Assembly: GCA_022841645.1 (NCBI GenBank)
Contig: JALHRC010000005.1
Coordinates: 2,804 to 66,803 of the forward strand
DNA length: 64,000 nucleotides
Direction: 5' to 3'
From: Minisyncoccota bacterium
GTDB taxonomy: Bacteria; Patescibacteriota; Minisyncoccia; Phycocordibacterales; UBA918
A program made the translations under genes and the position numbers. Shown here one piece after another: positions 9,383-19,230 of this stretch (its first letter is position 1; every line of letters begins with the position of its first letter). The notes under the pieces were generated by a model. That model worked only from the letters and a program-made list of their open reading frames with translations, did not search any database and was not told the origin of the DNA.

Positions 9383-9524
9383 CTGCGTCCATCCCCTAAC
9401 TGCGCCCGGACCCTTATTGGCCCGGGCGCTCTACGTTAGTACCAGTATTTTCTTGGCAGATAAAAACGAACCGGTGTATAGTGCACGCGGCTACGCGTTG
9501 CAAACATTGGACAAGAGGGGTGTC

Positions 9525-9620
9525 ATGGGGTTGGAATGGCTCATTTTCGCTGGTGTGGTGGTGGTCGCGGTGGGCGGCTTCCTCTTCTGGCTCGTCGGTC
9601 GCTTGTTTTTCAGCGACTAA
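9525..9620 (+). CDS. Small membrane peptide (31 aa)
   Basis: MGLEWLIFAGVVVVAVGGFLFWLVGRLFFSD; GAGGGG SD; TATAGT upstream. Confidence 0.55.
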   Translation: MGLEWLIFAGVVVVAVGGFLFWLVGRLFFSD

Positions 9621-9629
9621 TCGTCCGCG

Positions 9630-9673
9630 GGGCGGCTGGTAATGAACGAAACTTCGTTCATTACCAGCCGCCC
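9630..9673. repeat. 21-bp perfect inverted repeat
   Basis: GGGCGGCTGGTAATGAACGAA-AC-TTCGTTCATTACCAGCCGCCC. Confidence 0.8.
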
Positions 9674-9699
9674 TTAAAGTTATGCTAAACTACTCCCAT

Positions 9700-10152
9700 A
9701 TGACCCTCCACGAAACACTCAAAGATACGCTCAAAGAGGCACTGAAGGCTCGCGACGAAGTACGCCTACGCACCGTGCGCAGCGTCCTTACGGCGATCAC
9801 GAACGAACTAGTCGCTACGGGCAAAACCCCTCAAGACATCATCGACGACAACGGCTTTCTTTCCGTGGTAAAGCGCCAGGCCAAGCAGCGCCGTGAGTCG
9901 ATCGCACAATTTGATGCTGCGGGCCGCACTGATCTCTCAGAGCCCGAGAAGGCCGAGCTCGCCATCCTTGAAGCCTACCTCCCTACCCTCATGAGCCAGG
10001 AAGCCATCCGTCCGATTGCTGAAGCCAAAAAGGCCGAACTCGGTGTTACAGACAAGAGCAAGCTTGGGCAGCTCGTGGGCGCCGTTATGAAAGAACTCCA
10101 GGGCAAAGCAGATGGCGGCGACGTGAAGGTGGTGGTGGAAAGTTTATTTTAG
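9700..10152 (+). CDS. yqeY: GatB/YqeY domain protein
   Basis: KQRRESI..F..AGRTDL..E..EL.IL..YLP; G..VG.VMK.L.GKADG. Confidence 0.9.
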   Translation: MTLHETLKDTLKEALKARDEVRLRTVRSVLTAITNELVATGKTPQDIIDDNGFLSVVKRQAKQRRESIAQFDAAGRTDLSEPEKAELAILEAYLPTLMSQEAIRPIAEAKKAELGVTDKSKLGQLVGAVMKELQGKADGGDVKVVVESLF

Positions 10153-10163
10153 CTCCTTCGTCC

Positions 10164-10406
10164 ATGTCTGAAGCACTACCATCTCATTCCCGTGAAAACT
10201 TAGTTTCATTAGAGCAGGAGACTTTTGAGGCGCTGAGAGAGCAGCTTACTCCCAGTAGTAATCGTGAGGACGTACGCAGGCTTGTCTTTAGTTACCTACT
10301 TGAAAATAAACATATGATGCCAGCTGACAATGTTGAGACAATCACAGATATGATTATGAACCGGGTCGGAAACGACGAACCCTACCGTGGGCCACATTCA
10401 AAATAA
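10164..10406 (+). CDS. Hypothetical protein
   Basis: ORF immediately downstream of yqeY. Confidence 0.5.
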   Translation: MSEALPSHSRENLVSLEQETFEALREQLTPSSNREDVRRLVFSYLLENKHMMPADNVETITDMIMNRVGNDEPYRGPHSK

Positions 10407-10507
10407 TTCTTAGCCAAATGCTTGACTGGTGTAACGTAGGTAGCGTATAACGTTTCCGTGCCACCCGGTGGGGATCGGGGCGAGGCACAAGCACCTGGGA
10501 GGGGTTC

Positions 10508-10840
10508 ATGCTTATCATTGAGTTGCGTCGTGACTGCTTGGCCGTCTGTGGCACCAGCGAGAAGCTGGGGCCAGGCAGGTACATGTCAGTGGAACTGGGC
10601 AAGGTCGGGGCGACGAGCGTGCAGTTCTGGCGCGATGAAGAAACTGCCAGCCGGGAAGTGCGCCTGATGTGCAGCAAACCTGGACGTCTCCTCGCACTAG
10701 TCAAGGAGGTAATCCGGCGCTGTCACGAAAAGTGTCGTATGGCTGCGGGTCAGGCACAGAAGCGCACCGGGACAGCGAAGCGCCCGGGCTCGGGCACAGC
10801 TCGTGGCCACACGGTCAGCGAGCGGTCGGGCATGCACTGA
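10508..10840 (+). CDS. Hypothetical protein
   Basis: TTGACT-18-TATAAC promoter, GGAGG SD, hairpin plus T-tract downstream. Confidence 0.5.
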   Translation: MLIIELRRDCLAVCGTSEKLGPGRYMSVELGKVGATSVQFWRDEETASREVRLMCSKPGRLLALVKEVIRRCHEKCRMAAGQAQKRTGTAKRPGSGTARGHTVSERSGMH

Positions 10841-10966
10841 ATCGGCGTCGCCGACACGAAGGTTCCGGGCGGCACGCATTCGCGCGCCGCCACGGAGCTT
10901 TTTTTATTTATACTTGCTCACCACTACCCTTTTACGCTATAACAGTGGCGGCAACTGGAGGGGGAC

Positions 10967-11251
10967 GTGGAAGAAAAACTGATCAAAGTAAAAATCTGCA
11001 GAACCGAAGTGGTAATTAGTGGCGAACGACCATGTCCATACTTTTATGACACCGCTGTGCGGGAATGCGTACGATTTTTCCTCGACACAGCCGCCAAGTA
11101 CCACTGTCGCATCGACATGCGCGCAAAAGATGACACCTATCGCATCGCGCTGGTGCGTCAAAACGGCTGCGACATAGCTGCAGTAGCAGTGGACGTAATC
11201 TGCTGGCTTAACCACCGACAGATTCCGCACACCGTGAAAAAAATACTCTAG
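10967..11251 (+). CDS. Hypothetical protein
   Basis: GGAGG SD, GTG start, hairpin after stop. Confidence 0.55.
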   Translation: MEEKLIKVKICRTEVVISGERPCPYFYDTAVRECVRFFLDTAAKYHCRIDMRAKDDTYRIALVRQNGCDIAAVAVDVICWLNHRQIPHTVKKIL

Positions 11252-11332
11252 CCCCGAGACGCCAGCGCGTCTCGGGGTTGCTACATTTTAAATAGTGTTG
11301 TAAAAATAGAAGCAGACGTTAGGAGAAACGCT

Positions 11333-11767
11333 ATGTCGAACGATCGAGAGGGGCGCATGCCGGCGCTCGCTGTAGGATACGAAATGCGCAAGATTCTCAG
11401 TGACCCCGCAACGCTGGAAATATACTTCACTGCCCTACTTCGGGCTTGCCGGCCGAAGGGAAAGCCGCAGGAAGCCTGCCCTGAGAGTCCAATAGTTGAC
11501 TGGGTGATGGCGGTCACCGAACTCCCCTACGAGATGTGGTTCCTTAAAGACCCACGGTGGGAGAATGCCTGGTGGGTCAAGTGGCGTTGCCCAGGAGACG
11601 AGACTTGGAAGTTCGGGGGAATCATCAGAACCCCTGACGGCGTGATTTGGATCAGTGATGCCAACAAGGAGATCGTCGAGTGGGTAGGACCACCAAATCC
11701 GTTCTTCGGAGATGAGAGGGTCGCGCCATCCACCGTTGATCCGTTTCGTGACGAAGGCAAACTATGA
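11333..11767 (+). CDS. Hypothetical Trp-rich protein
   Basis: AGGAG SD, 144-aa ORF. Confidence 0.6.
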   Translation: MSNDREGRMPALAVGYEMRKILSDPATLEIYFTALLRACRPKGKPQEACPESPIVDWVMAVTELPYEMWFLKDPRWENAWWVKWRCPGDETWKFGGIIRTPDGVIWISDANKEIVEWVGPPNPFFGDERVAPSTVDPFRDEGKL

Positions 11768-12020
11768 TGAAAGGACCCCAAGGCGGCGGCGCACATGCGT
11801 CGCCGTCTTCGCTGCTTTACTAGTCGGTCCAGAATACCTCGTGGGCTCTGCTTCGAGGCTGAATGGACAAAGAATACGTAACGGCTCTGCGCGTATCATG
11901 ACATTTAGTCATGATACGCCCTCTGCTAGCAAAAACACCCTGGTGCCGCCCGCGTAATGCCCCGCCCTGTTCTGCTACGAGGTGAGCGTGGCGGATGTTT
12001 TTACTAAAATCCCTTCTTCC

Positions 12021-13298
12021 TTACCACACCAGTGCTCCAGGATCGAGAATCAGAAACGCTCCCAGCGCCAGCATGAGAATGCCTCCAATGAGAAGTGAGT
12101 AGTTGGCGTACTGCCCTCCCACCGCTTGGAGGCGACTATAGCCCCAGATCGCGAGACCAAACACAATCACGTCATCGAACATGTAGCCCAGGGTGTACAT
12201 CAGGATGTAGAACTGGCGGTCGAGGAAGGAGAGCATATTCATCTCGAGAATTTTTGTATAAGCCTGCGGGATACCAATCGAGCACGCAAACTCGATCACG
12301 TTTACTGAAAAGGCTATCGCGATAATTGAAATAATAGAAACAATCGTAATCGGCTGGTTAGCAATCGCTTTAAATTTGGCAATCACCTTCCCCTGGGTCT
12401 CAAGGTCGGTCACGTCACAAATAAGCGCGGCATCGCGATTTTTATACCAACGCCAGAGGAAAAATGAACCGCCGCCGACCGCGAGTGCACCGACGAGCGG
12501 CGTTACGATCGCGTCCAGTGCTACCCAGTCCCAGGTCTTGTACCAGACATTGAGGATAAGGTTGTACATGATACCCTCGGCGAGCATAAAGAGGCCAGCG
12601 AGGAACACCATCTTGCGCCGACTACCGGCCTGCGAAAGGAGCACACAGAAGGTGACCAGCACCCACATCGCACACGGGTTAAAACCGTCGATTACCCCCA
12701 GGAGTACCGAAAGCGAGAACAGTGAAAACGTTTGCAAATCAACAATGCCTACGAATGGCAGATCAAACACAAATGATGCGCTGTCGGCACTACACGAAAT
12801 ATCGGTACACCCCGTGCCCGAAAGGCCCGACTGCACCGGCGCACGCTCAAGGTGATCTTCAATTGTCCGAATGTCCCCACTCTGCGCCGCCACGAACGCT
12901 TCGCGCAGTGCCTTTCCTGTCGTTTCGGGGCCATTAAAACCCACCACTACCCGCTCCCCTACCACAGTAATAGGCGTCACCTTGGTAAGGTCATGCTTTT
13001 TTACCAACTCACCAAAGAGACGCGCGGCTTCGTCATCTTCGATAACATTGAGGTAGACGTACGGCAGTCCCGTGCTTTTAAGCCAGGCAAACTGCTCTTG
13101 GCAGTAGCCACAACTATCGCGGCCAAACATGATAAGGGGTACCGCCTCGCCCTGCGTTATTTCAGCCGCTTCTGCCACTACTGGTACGGCGGCCGGTGCG
13201 CTACCAAAAAGCGCTGGCCCATACCACCACAAGGCGAGCACCATCCCCACCACCATCCAGCCACCCCACCACAGTTCCCGCGCACTAAATGACATCAT
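12021..13298 (-). CDS. Glutaredoxin domain fused to CcdA-like transmembrane domain
   Basis: N-terminal TM, CGYC Grx motif, DGFNPCAMWVL and EFACS TM cysteines. Confidence 0.8.
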   Translation of the reverse strand: MMSFSARELWWGGWMVVGMVLALWWYGPALFGSAPAAVPVVAEAAEITQGEAVPLIMFGRDSCGYCQEQFAWLKSTGLPYVYLNVIEDDEAARLFGELVKKHDLTKVTPITVVGERVVVGFNGPETTGKALREAFVAAQSGDIRTIEDHLERAPVQSGLSGTGCTDISCSADSASFVFDLPFVGIVDLQTFSLFSLSVLLGVIDGFNPCAMWVLVTFCVLLSQAGSRRKMVFLAGLFMLAEGIMYNLILNVWYKTWDWVALDAIVTPLVGALAVGGGSFFLWRWYKNRDAALICDVTDLETQGKVIAKFKAIANQPITIVSIISIIAIAFSVNVIEFACSIGIPQAYTKILEMNMLSFLDRQFYILMYTLGYMFDDVIVFGLAIWGYSRLQAVGGQYANYSLLIGGILMLALGAFLILDPGALVW

Positions 13299-13315
13299 AC
13301 CGGTACTATAACAAA

Positions 13316-13915
13316 CTACACCTGGCCAAGAAAATCGCCATACCCCTCTGCCTCCATGTCTGCCTTAGGTATAAAGCGCAGTGCTGCCCCATTCATACAG
13401 TACCGTTTGCCTCCTCGTTCTTTTGGACCATCTTTAAAAACATGGCCGAGATGATTGTCAGCAATTACCGACCGCACTTCGGTACGCAGCTGCCAAAAGA
13501 GCGAACGATCATCGTGCTCGGCTACTACCCCTTCAGCAATTGGCTTCACAAAAGACGGCCAGCCAGTGCCGGAATCAAATTTATCTTTGGAAGAAAAGAG
13601 GGGTTCTCCCGAAAGCACATCAACATATATTCCTGGTCCATACTCCTTATCAAGCGGACTGCTTCCAGCGCGTTCAGTACCTTCGGCCTGCGTTACTTTA
13701 TAGGTGAGCGGATCAAGCGTCTGCCGCAAAACTTCGGGCGCAGGTTTACTGTACATATGCCAACTATTCATAGTGGTAGTAGGTGTCGTTGCTAGATTGG
13801 TAGTAGAAGCCGTTGCCACTATTTCGGCGATATTTTCTTGGTAGACGAGATAGGCACCGGCACCCACACCAAAGATCGCGGCTGCTGCAAGTGCCACTTT
13901 AGTACTCGGTGCCAT
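13316..13915 (-). CDS. msrB: Membrane-anchored peptide-methionine (R)-S-oxide reductase
   Basis: N-terminal TM; KFDSGTGWPSF, HLGHVF, RYCMNG. Confidence 0.92.
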   Translation of the reverse strand: MAPSTKVALAAAAIFGVGAGAYLVYQENIAEIVATASTTNLATTPTTTMNSWHMYSKPAPEVLRQTLDPLTYKVTQAEGTERAGSSPLDKEYGPGIYVDVLSGEPLFSSKDKFDSGTGWPSFVKPIAEGVVAEHDDRSLFWQLRTEVRSVIADNHLGHVFKDGPKERGGKRYCMNGAALRFIPKADMEAEGYGDFLGQV

Positions 13916-13940
13916 ATACTAGCGTTAAACCTAACGAAAA

Positions 13941-14591
13941 ATGTCATCACTCACTACTACGCGCCAGGCGCTCGAACATTTCAAAGCCGTTGATAAGCGG
14001 ATGGCTGGCATCCTCGAGGCCAGTCTTCAAAGTAGAGCACCCATCACCCTCCCTGTCCCCAAGCCACCGGCTGAATATTTTGAGAGTGTCGTACGGTCGA
14101 TCGTGAGCCAGCAGATCAGTGTGAAGGCAGCCGAGGCGGTGTTCAGGCGAGTACGCGCGCGTGTGGTCGGCGATCAGGGCGGTGCCCTCTCGCCCGCCGC
14201 CGTTCTTACCGTCCCCGAAGACGAGCTGCGCGCCTGTGGCCTCTCAGGACAAAAAACCCGCTACATACGGCGCAATGCCGAAATCTGGCCTGCGCTCGAG
14301 ACTAGCCACTTCTCCGCCCTGTCAGACGAAGAAGTTATCACTGAACTCACCAAGCTCTACGGGGTGGGCCGCTGGACGGCTGAAATGTTTCTGATGTTTA
14401 CCCTCGCGCGCCCTGACGTATTTTCGTTTGGTGACCTTGGTCTCATGCAAAGTATTTATCAGCACTATAAAGAGCTACGCCCGCACCACACGAGAAAAGT
14501 GGCGGCGCTCGTCGCGGCCTGGTCACCCTACCGTACGCTCGCGGCTCTCGCTCTGTGGTGGCACAAAGACGGCGGGCCGGTGGTGCTCTAG
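13941..14591 (+). CDS. alkA: DNA-3-methyladenine glycosylase 2 family (HhH-GPD)
   Basis: SIVSQQIS, LYGVGRWTAEM, D.F...DLG, WSPYRT. Confidence 0.88.
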   Translation: MSSLTTTRQALEHFKAVDKRMAGILEASLQSRAPITLPVPKPPAEYFESVVRSIVSQQISVKAAEAVFRRVRARVVGDQGGALSPAAVLTVPEDELRACGLSGQKTRYIRRNAEIWPALETSHFSALSDEEVITELTKLYGVGRWTAEMFLMFTLARPDVFSFGDLGLMQSIYQHYKELRPHHTRKVAALVAAWSPYRTLAALALWWHKDGGPVVL

Positions 14592-15068
14592 TGTTATGCA
14601 CGACGCGCACGCACTATGGGCAGAGCATAGCGCAGCGAGTGCCCCACGACTGGTCCCCAAGGCACGTTCGTGGCGGCGGAGCGCCTCTGACCGCACCAAG
14701 GCATCGGGCATAATGGCCAGCACCTCCTCCCAAAAGGCCGCACTGTGATTGAGATGACGCAGGTGGCAGAGTTCGTGCACGATGATGTAATCACTAAGAC
14801 ACGGGGGCAAAAATAGTAGCTTGTAGTTGAAGTTTAAATTTCCCTTGGCCGAACAGCTGCCCCAGCTGCGCCGCGTGTTGCGAATGGCAATGCGGCGCAC
14901 GGCAAAGCCGTGCGCCGCCGCCAGCACGTGCGTCCGGGTGGTAATAAATGCGCGCGCTGTTTCTTTGTGCGCCAAATATGCCTGTGTACTGGGCGAAGGC
15001 GCGCCCCGCGCTCGCCCCTTACGCGAGCGAGTACGGCGACGCCAGAACTGTTTCCACAATCCCTCCAT
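14523..15068 (-). CDS. M48/YgjP-like (DUF45) metallopeptidase
   Basis: WGSCS, YIIVHELCHL..NHS..FW. Confidence 0.85.
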   Translation of the reverse strand: MEGLWKQFWRRRTRSRKGRARGAPSPSTQAYLAHKETARAFITTRTHVLAAAHGFAVRRIAIRNTRRSWGSCSAKGNLNFNYKLLFLPPCLSDYIIVHELCHLRHLNHSAAFWEEVLAIMPDALVRSEALRRHERALGTSRGALAALCSAHSACASCITLEHHRPAVFVPPQSESRERTVG

Positions 15069-15070
15069 AG

Positions 15071-16762
15071 TTACTGAGCGCGCCGCGCCAGTGCCCGCAA
15101 CACCCGCAAGACGTTGTAATCGTATTTTTCCTCGAGTTCAAGAAAAAGGGGCTTGAGCGCCGCCTCACCGTGCACGGCAGCGGCCCGGGCGTAATCAGCG
15201 AGCGCCGCATCGAGATCAAAGGTGTGGCCAAGTACGACGCGCACCTGCTCCTTATTTAGCTCCCTTTCATCAATGAGCGTTTCGAGGTGAGTAAAAATAG
15301 TCGAGGCAGTGAGTCCCCGCGCGGCAGCGATGTCGGGGACGATGCGCCCTTCGACCGCAAGGAGTCGCGTCAATTCTTCAGTGCGTTCCTTTTTAAGCCG
15401 CGCTGCACTGCCCCGCGCCTTGAGCACCTCTCCCACTGCTGGCAAGCGGCCGCCGTTTCGCAGTACAAACGCCCGCTGTAGCTCGACCAGGTCTTCTTCT
15501 GTGCGTTCCGATAGCTCAGCCTCTAGGGTGGCTGCTTCAACACGAAATCGTTCGTCGTGCGCGACTACCCGTGGATCGACCATGAGGGCCTGTGGCCCCA
15601 CCCCCAGTACCTTGAGTCCCGCGAGTGTCCGCACCCGCGAGAGCGCTACATACCCCTGACCATAGACGAACGCGCGTGAAAGGTCGACTTCAGCGGCATC
15701 AAGCGACATCCCCTGACTCTTATGCACCGTAATCGCCCAGGCGAGACGCAAGGGGACCTGCATGATGGACGCGAGCACCTTACCCTCATCGACCACTTCC
15801 CACGACACGGGGCGGATAGTAATTTTCCGCTCGTCGGCAGTGAGAATCACCGGAAAGCCGTCATCTGGATCAAAGCCCACGACGCGGCCAAGCGTGCCAT
15901 TAACATAGCCGGTTTCAAAATTATTTTTCGTACACATCACCATCGCCTCTTCCTTGAGGACCAAGGCCTGCGGCGAAAGGCAGTTGCGCATCAGACTCTC
16001 CACCATAGGCTTACTGCCCTTTCCGGCCATAGTGAAGGTGCGACCATAGCCCTGGAGTACCTTTAATTCACGATCATTCACCGCGTCAACATCAGCGTTG
16101 TGGGTGTAGAGCCTCGTAGGGACAATGCCTTCGTGAGCGATAGCAGTTTGCTCGGAGAGGAGGGTGTAGTGGTCGTCCTCGACGGCGGCGCGGCGAATCG
16201 CCGAAAGGAGCCCCGCGAGCATTTCATCTTCATGACGCCACTGCTCACTTAAGTAACAGATAAGCGGCCGCGCCGCCTCCCACGCTCGACTGGCAAACGC
16301 ATAACGCATGGCCGCGCCATTACGGGCAATCGGTGGGAGCTGGAAAAAGTCTCCCACGAACACCACCTGCACACCGCCAAAAGGCTCGCTTTTCCCGCGC
16401 GCAGTTTTGAGAATCAGGTCGACCATATCGAGAATCGTGCCATCAAGCATCGAGATTTCATCAATTACGAGTACGTGCGTGCGCAAAAAGCGTTTTACCA
16501 GTTTCTCCTTCTGGGTAATTTGATCGAGGTCGTAACGCGAGAGCGTATCGCGTACCCCCAGACCACTCCAGGAATGAATCGTCATGCCACCGATGTGCGT
16601 CGCCGCAATACCGGTAGAGGCTGTCACCGCCACCGAAAGTCCCGCCGCCTCGAGCCAGGCAATGTACTGGTTGAGCACATACGTTTTACCTGCTCCCGGC
16701 TCGCCAGTTAAAAATACATTAGCGCCAGTTTTTAGTGCCGCGAGCGCGAGTGATTGAATCAT
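15071..16762 (-). CDS. PIF1-like SF1B helicase with C-terminal HTH
   Basis: GEPGAGKT, IDEISM, GDFFQLPP, WAITVHKSQG, YVALSR. Confidence 0.9.
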   Translation of the reverse strand: MIQSLALAALKTGANVFLTGEPGAGKTYVLNQYIAWLEAAGLSVAVTASTGIAATHIGGMTIHSWSGLGVRDTLSRYDLDQITQKEKLVKRFLRTHVLVIDEISMLDGTILDMVDLILKTARGKSEPFGGVQVVFVGDFFQLPPIARNGAAMRYAFASRAWEAARPLICYLSEQWRHEDEMLAGLLSAIRRAAVEDDHYTLLSEQTAIAHEGIVPTRLYTHNADVDAVNDRELKVLQGYGRTFTMAGKGSKPMVESLMRNCLSPQALVLKEEAMVMCTKNNFETGYVNGTLGRVVGFDPDDGFPVILTADERKITIRPVSWEVVDEGKVLASIMQVPLRLAWAITVHKSQGMSLDAAEVDLSRAFVYGQGYVALSRVRTLAGLKVLGVGPQALMVDPRVVAHDERFRVEAATLEAELSERTEEDLVELQRAFVLRNGGRLPAVGEVLKARGSAARLKKERTEELTRLLAVEGRIVPDIAAARGLTASTIFTHLETLIDERELNKEQVRVVLGHTFDLDAALADYARAAAVHGEAALKPLFLELEEKYDYNVLRVLRALARRAQ

Positions 16763-16811
16763 TGGGAATAAGCGTACCACGTGTCGGCGCCGTGGGGTAC
16801 AATGATGCGTA

Positions 16812-18785
16812 ATGGTTGAACGTTCTTCAGTGGCAATACCAGTGGCAACAACCGAAGAGCTATCTTCGGTCACGAAAGTGACGCTCGCTCCTAAAGCACC
16901 CCGGCCAAAGACCACTGCTGGCAAAAAGCGCGTAGCAGCCAAGAAATCTCCGGCAAAAAAAGCACGCAGAGCGACTACTAAGAAGGCCACTGCAGCTGGC
17001 CACGAGCACGACCACAAAAGCAGTACGGCGCGGAGTGCAGCCTTCACACCCGCCATGCCCCAGCTTCGCCCAGGGCAGCGCATCAATTTTAAGCGGGACC
17101 CTTTGGGACATCTCCTCGTTGAGAAACTCCTTCGTGAAGCCGGCTTCCGCGGTACCGTTTCTTCTGAAAAAGCGACGCTCGAAAAATACAGCACTGATGA
17201 AAGTATTTTTTCCGTCACCCCGCAGGTAGTGCTCATTCCCAAGAATCGTCGCGACATCGAAATCGCTGCTGCCGTAGTGGCGCGCGAGACCAAGCGCTTC
17301 TCGTCACTCTCAGTAACGCCGCGCGCAGCCGGCACTGGCCTTTCTGGCGGTTCGCTCACCGACTCCATCATCATGGACGTCTGCCCGCACCTTCATCACA
17401 TCAGTGAGGTGGTAGTGAAGAAAGACAAAATCACTATTACCTGTGAGCCAGGTGCGATGTGGCGTGATGTCGAGAAAAAGCTGAAGGCCCATGATGCGTA
17501 CCTCCCTTCCTATACTTCTTCAAAAGACATCTGCTCGATCGGTGGCTCGATTGGCAACAACGCCGCTGGTCCTGACTCGCTACGCTACGGCCACTGCGCT
17601 GACTGGGTGGAATCACTTGAGATGGTACTTAGTGACGGCCACACCTACACCGTAAAGCCGCTTTCTCTGCGCGAGTATCAGGCACTCGCCAAGCAAAAGC
17701 ACGAACACGCCCGCATCGCCCGCGAAATTTTCAAACTCATCGAAGAAAACGAACAAACCATCATCACCGGCAAACCCCCAACACCGAAAAATACTGCCGG
17801 TTACAGCCTGTGGAGAGTTTTTAGCGATGGCGTCGCACAGTTTAAGAAGGGTGTCGGTACCTTCGACCTAACCCGCCTCATCTGCGGTAGCCAAGGCACC
17901 ATCGGTATCATTACCGAAGTCACTATGCGGGCCCTGCCAATTCACCACCAGACAACGCTACTGGCTATTCCGATCTTCGATCTACAAGACGCGGCCGCCG
18001 TGGTACAAAAAGCTCTGGTCTTTAACCCAATCAACATTGAAATTTACGACGCTCTCACTTTTGACATGGCGCTTAAGAACCCGACCTTCTTCAAAGCGCG
18101 CCTCGCCGGGCTTGCCTACTACCGCACCATGCTTTCGATGTACGGCACTTTCCATGTGCGCTACGGTCGCAAGACTCCCGAGTTTACTATTTTGGTTACT
18201 CTGGATGAAGACACCGTTGCCAAACATTCCCTCCCCGAGCTTGCTATCGCCATGAGCGGCGGCGGCGCCCGCGCCCGGGTAGTGACCAACAAAATCGAAA
18301 TCGAAATGCACCTCCAGATCCGCCGCGCGAGCTACCTTCTTTCGAAGCTCATCGACCCCGGCAAGCGTCCAGCGGCCTTCCTCGAAGACATGACCGTCCC
18401 GCCCGAGCACCTTGGAAAGTTTTTCCTTGAAATCAAGAACCTTTTAAAGGAATTTAATGTTACCTCGGCGGTGCATGGCCATGGCGGTAATGGTCACTTC
18501 CATTTCTACCCCTTACTCGATTTTACGAACCCCACCACCCCGCTTCTCGTCGAGCGGATGGCCGAGCGCTTCTACACCACGGCCATCAAGTACAAGGGAA
18601 ACATTTGTGGCGAGCACAACGATGGCATTATCCGTACACCGCACCTCTCTAAGATGTTCAGCCCGAAAATGCTGGAGCTCTTTAAAACTACCGAGCACAT
18701 TTTTGACCCCGATGATATCTTCAACCCAGGCAAGAAGGTCAATCCTCGTTTCGACATCAAGGAAACAATGCGAAAAACCAATTAG
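16812..18785 (+). CDS. FAD-binding oxidoreductase (GlcD/D-lactate dehydrogenase-like)
   Basis: PRAAGTGLSG, GSQGTIG, GHGGNGHFH, GEHNDG, FNPGK. Confidence 0.88.
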   Translation: MVERSSVAIPVATTEELSSVTKVTLAPKAPRPKTTAGKKRVAAKKSPAKKARRATTKKATAAGHEHDHKSSTARSAAFTPAMPQLRPGQRINFKRDPLGHLLVEKLLREAGFRGTVSSEKATLEKYSTDESIFSVTPQVVLIPKNRRDIEIAAAVVARETKRFSSLSVTPRAAGTGLSGGSLTDSIIMDVCPHLHHISEVVVKKDKITITCEPGAMWRDVEKKLKAHDAYLPSYTSSKDICSIGGSIGNNAAGPDSLRYGHCADWVESLEMVLSDGHTYTVKPLSLREYQALAKQKHEHARIAREIFKLIEENEQTIITGKPPTPKNTAGYSLWRVFSDGVAQFKKGVGTFDLTRLICGSQGTIGIITEVTMRALPIHHQTTLLAIPIFDLQDAAAVVQKALVFNPINIEIYDALTFDMALKNPTFFKARLAGLAYYRTMLSMYGTFHVRYGRKTPEFTILVTLDEDTVAKHSLPELAIAMSGGGARARVVTNKIEIEMHLQIRRASYLLSKLIDPGKRPAAFLEDMTVPPEHLGKFFLEIKNLLKEFNVTSAVHGHGGNGHFHFYPLLDFTNPTTPLLVERMAERFYTTAIKYKGNICGEHNDGIIRTPHLSKMFSPKMLELFKTTEHIFDPDDIFNPGKKVNPRFDIKETMRKTN

Positions 18786-18796
18786 TCAGAAACTTT

Positions 18797-19192
18797 TTAG
18801 TTAAGCAACGTTACGAGGTGTGGCATAAACACCAAGAGACCAATCACAAGCGCAGTGAGAGCGGCCAGCAACACCGCCCCGGCTGCCACATCCTTCGTGT
18901 CGCGAGCGTACGGGTGATACTCGGGTGAAGTAAGGTCTATATCAATTTCAATGGCGGTATTAAACGCCTCGGCCACGAAAACAAAACCAGCAGCCAGTAC
19001 AATCAGCGCCCACTCAAGAGTTGAGAGGGAAAAATATATTCCCAGCGCCACTACCACGAAGAGCGCCAACACATGGAGCCACGCATTGTGGGTCGTTCTA
19101 ATGAAAAGCAACACCCCACGGCCAGCGTGCGCAAAACTTTTTGCGCGCTTTAAAAGTGAAAATTCCTCCGGTGTGTCAATGCGTTCTTCCAT
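18797..19192 (-). CDS. dgkA: Diacylglycerol/undecaprenol kinase family
   Basis: SFAHAGRG, EAFNTAIE, KDVAAGAVL. Confidence 0.88.
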   Translation of the reverse strand: MEERIDTPEEFSLLKRAKSFAHAGRGVLLFIRTTHNAWLHVLALFVVVALGIYFSLSTLEWALIVLAAGFVFVAEAFNTAIEIDIDLTSPEYHPYARDTKDVAAGAVLLAALTALVIGLLVFMPHLVTLLN

Positions 19193-19230
19193 AGTAATCA
19201 GTCTAGCACGCAATAACAGAGCACGTTATG

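Noticed and set aside
16763-17374. 204-aa N-terminal extension of the PIF1 helicase in the ORF track
   Set aside because: Antisense shadow of the FAD oxidoreductase; helicase motifs begin just after ATG 16762
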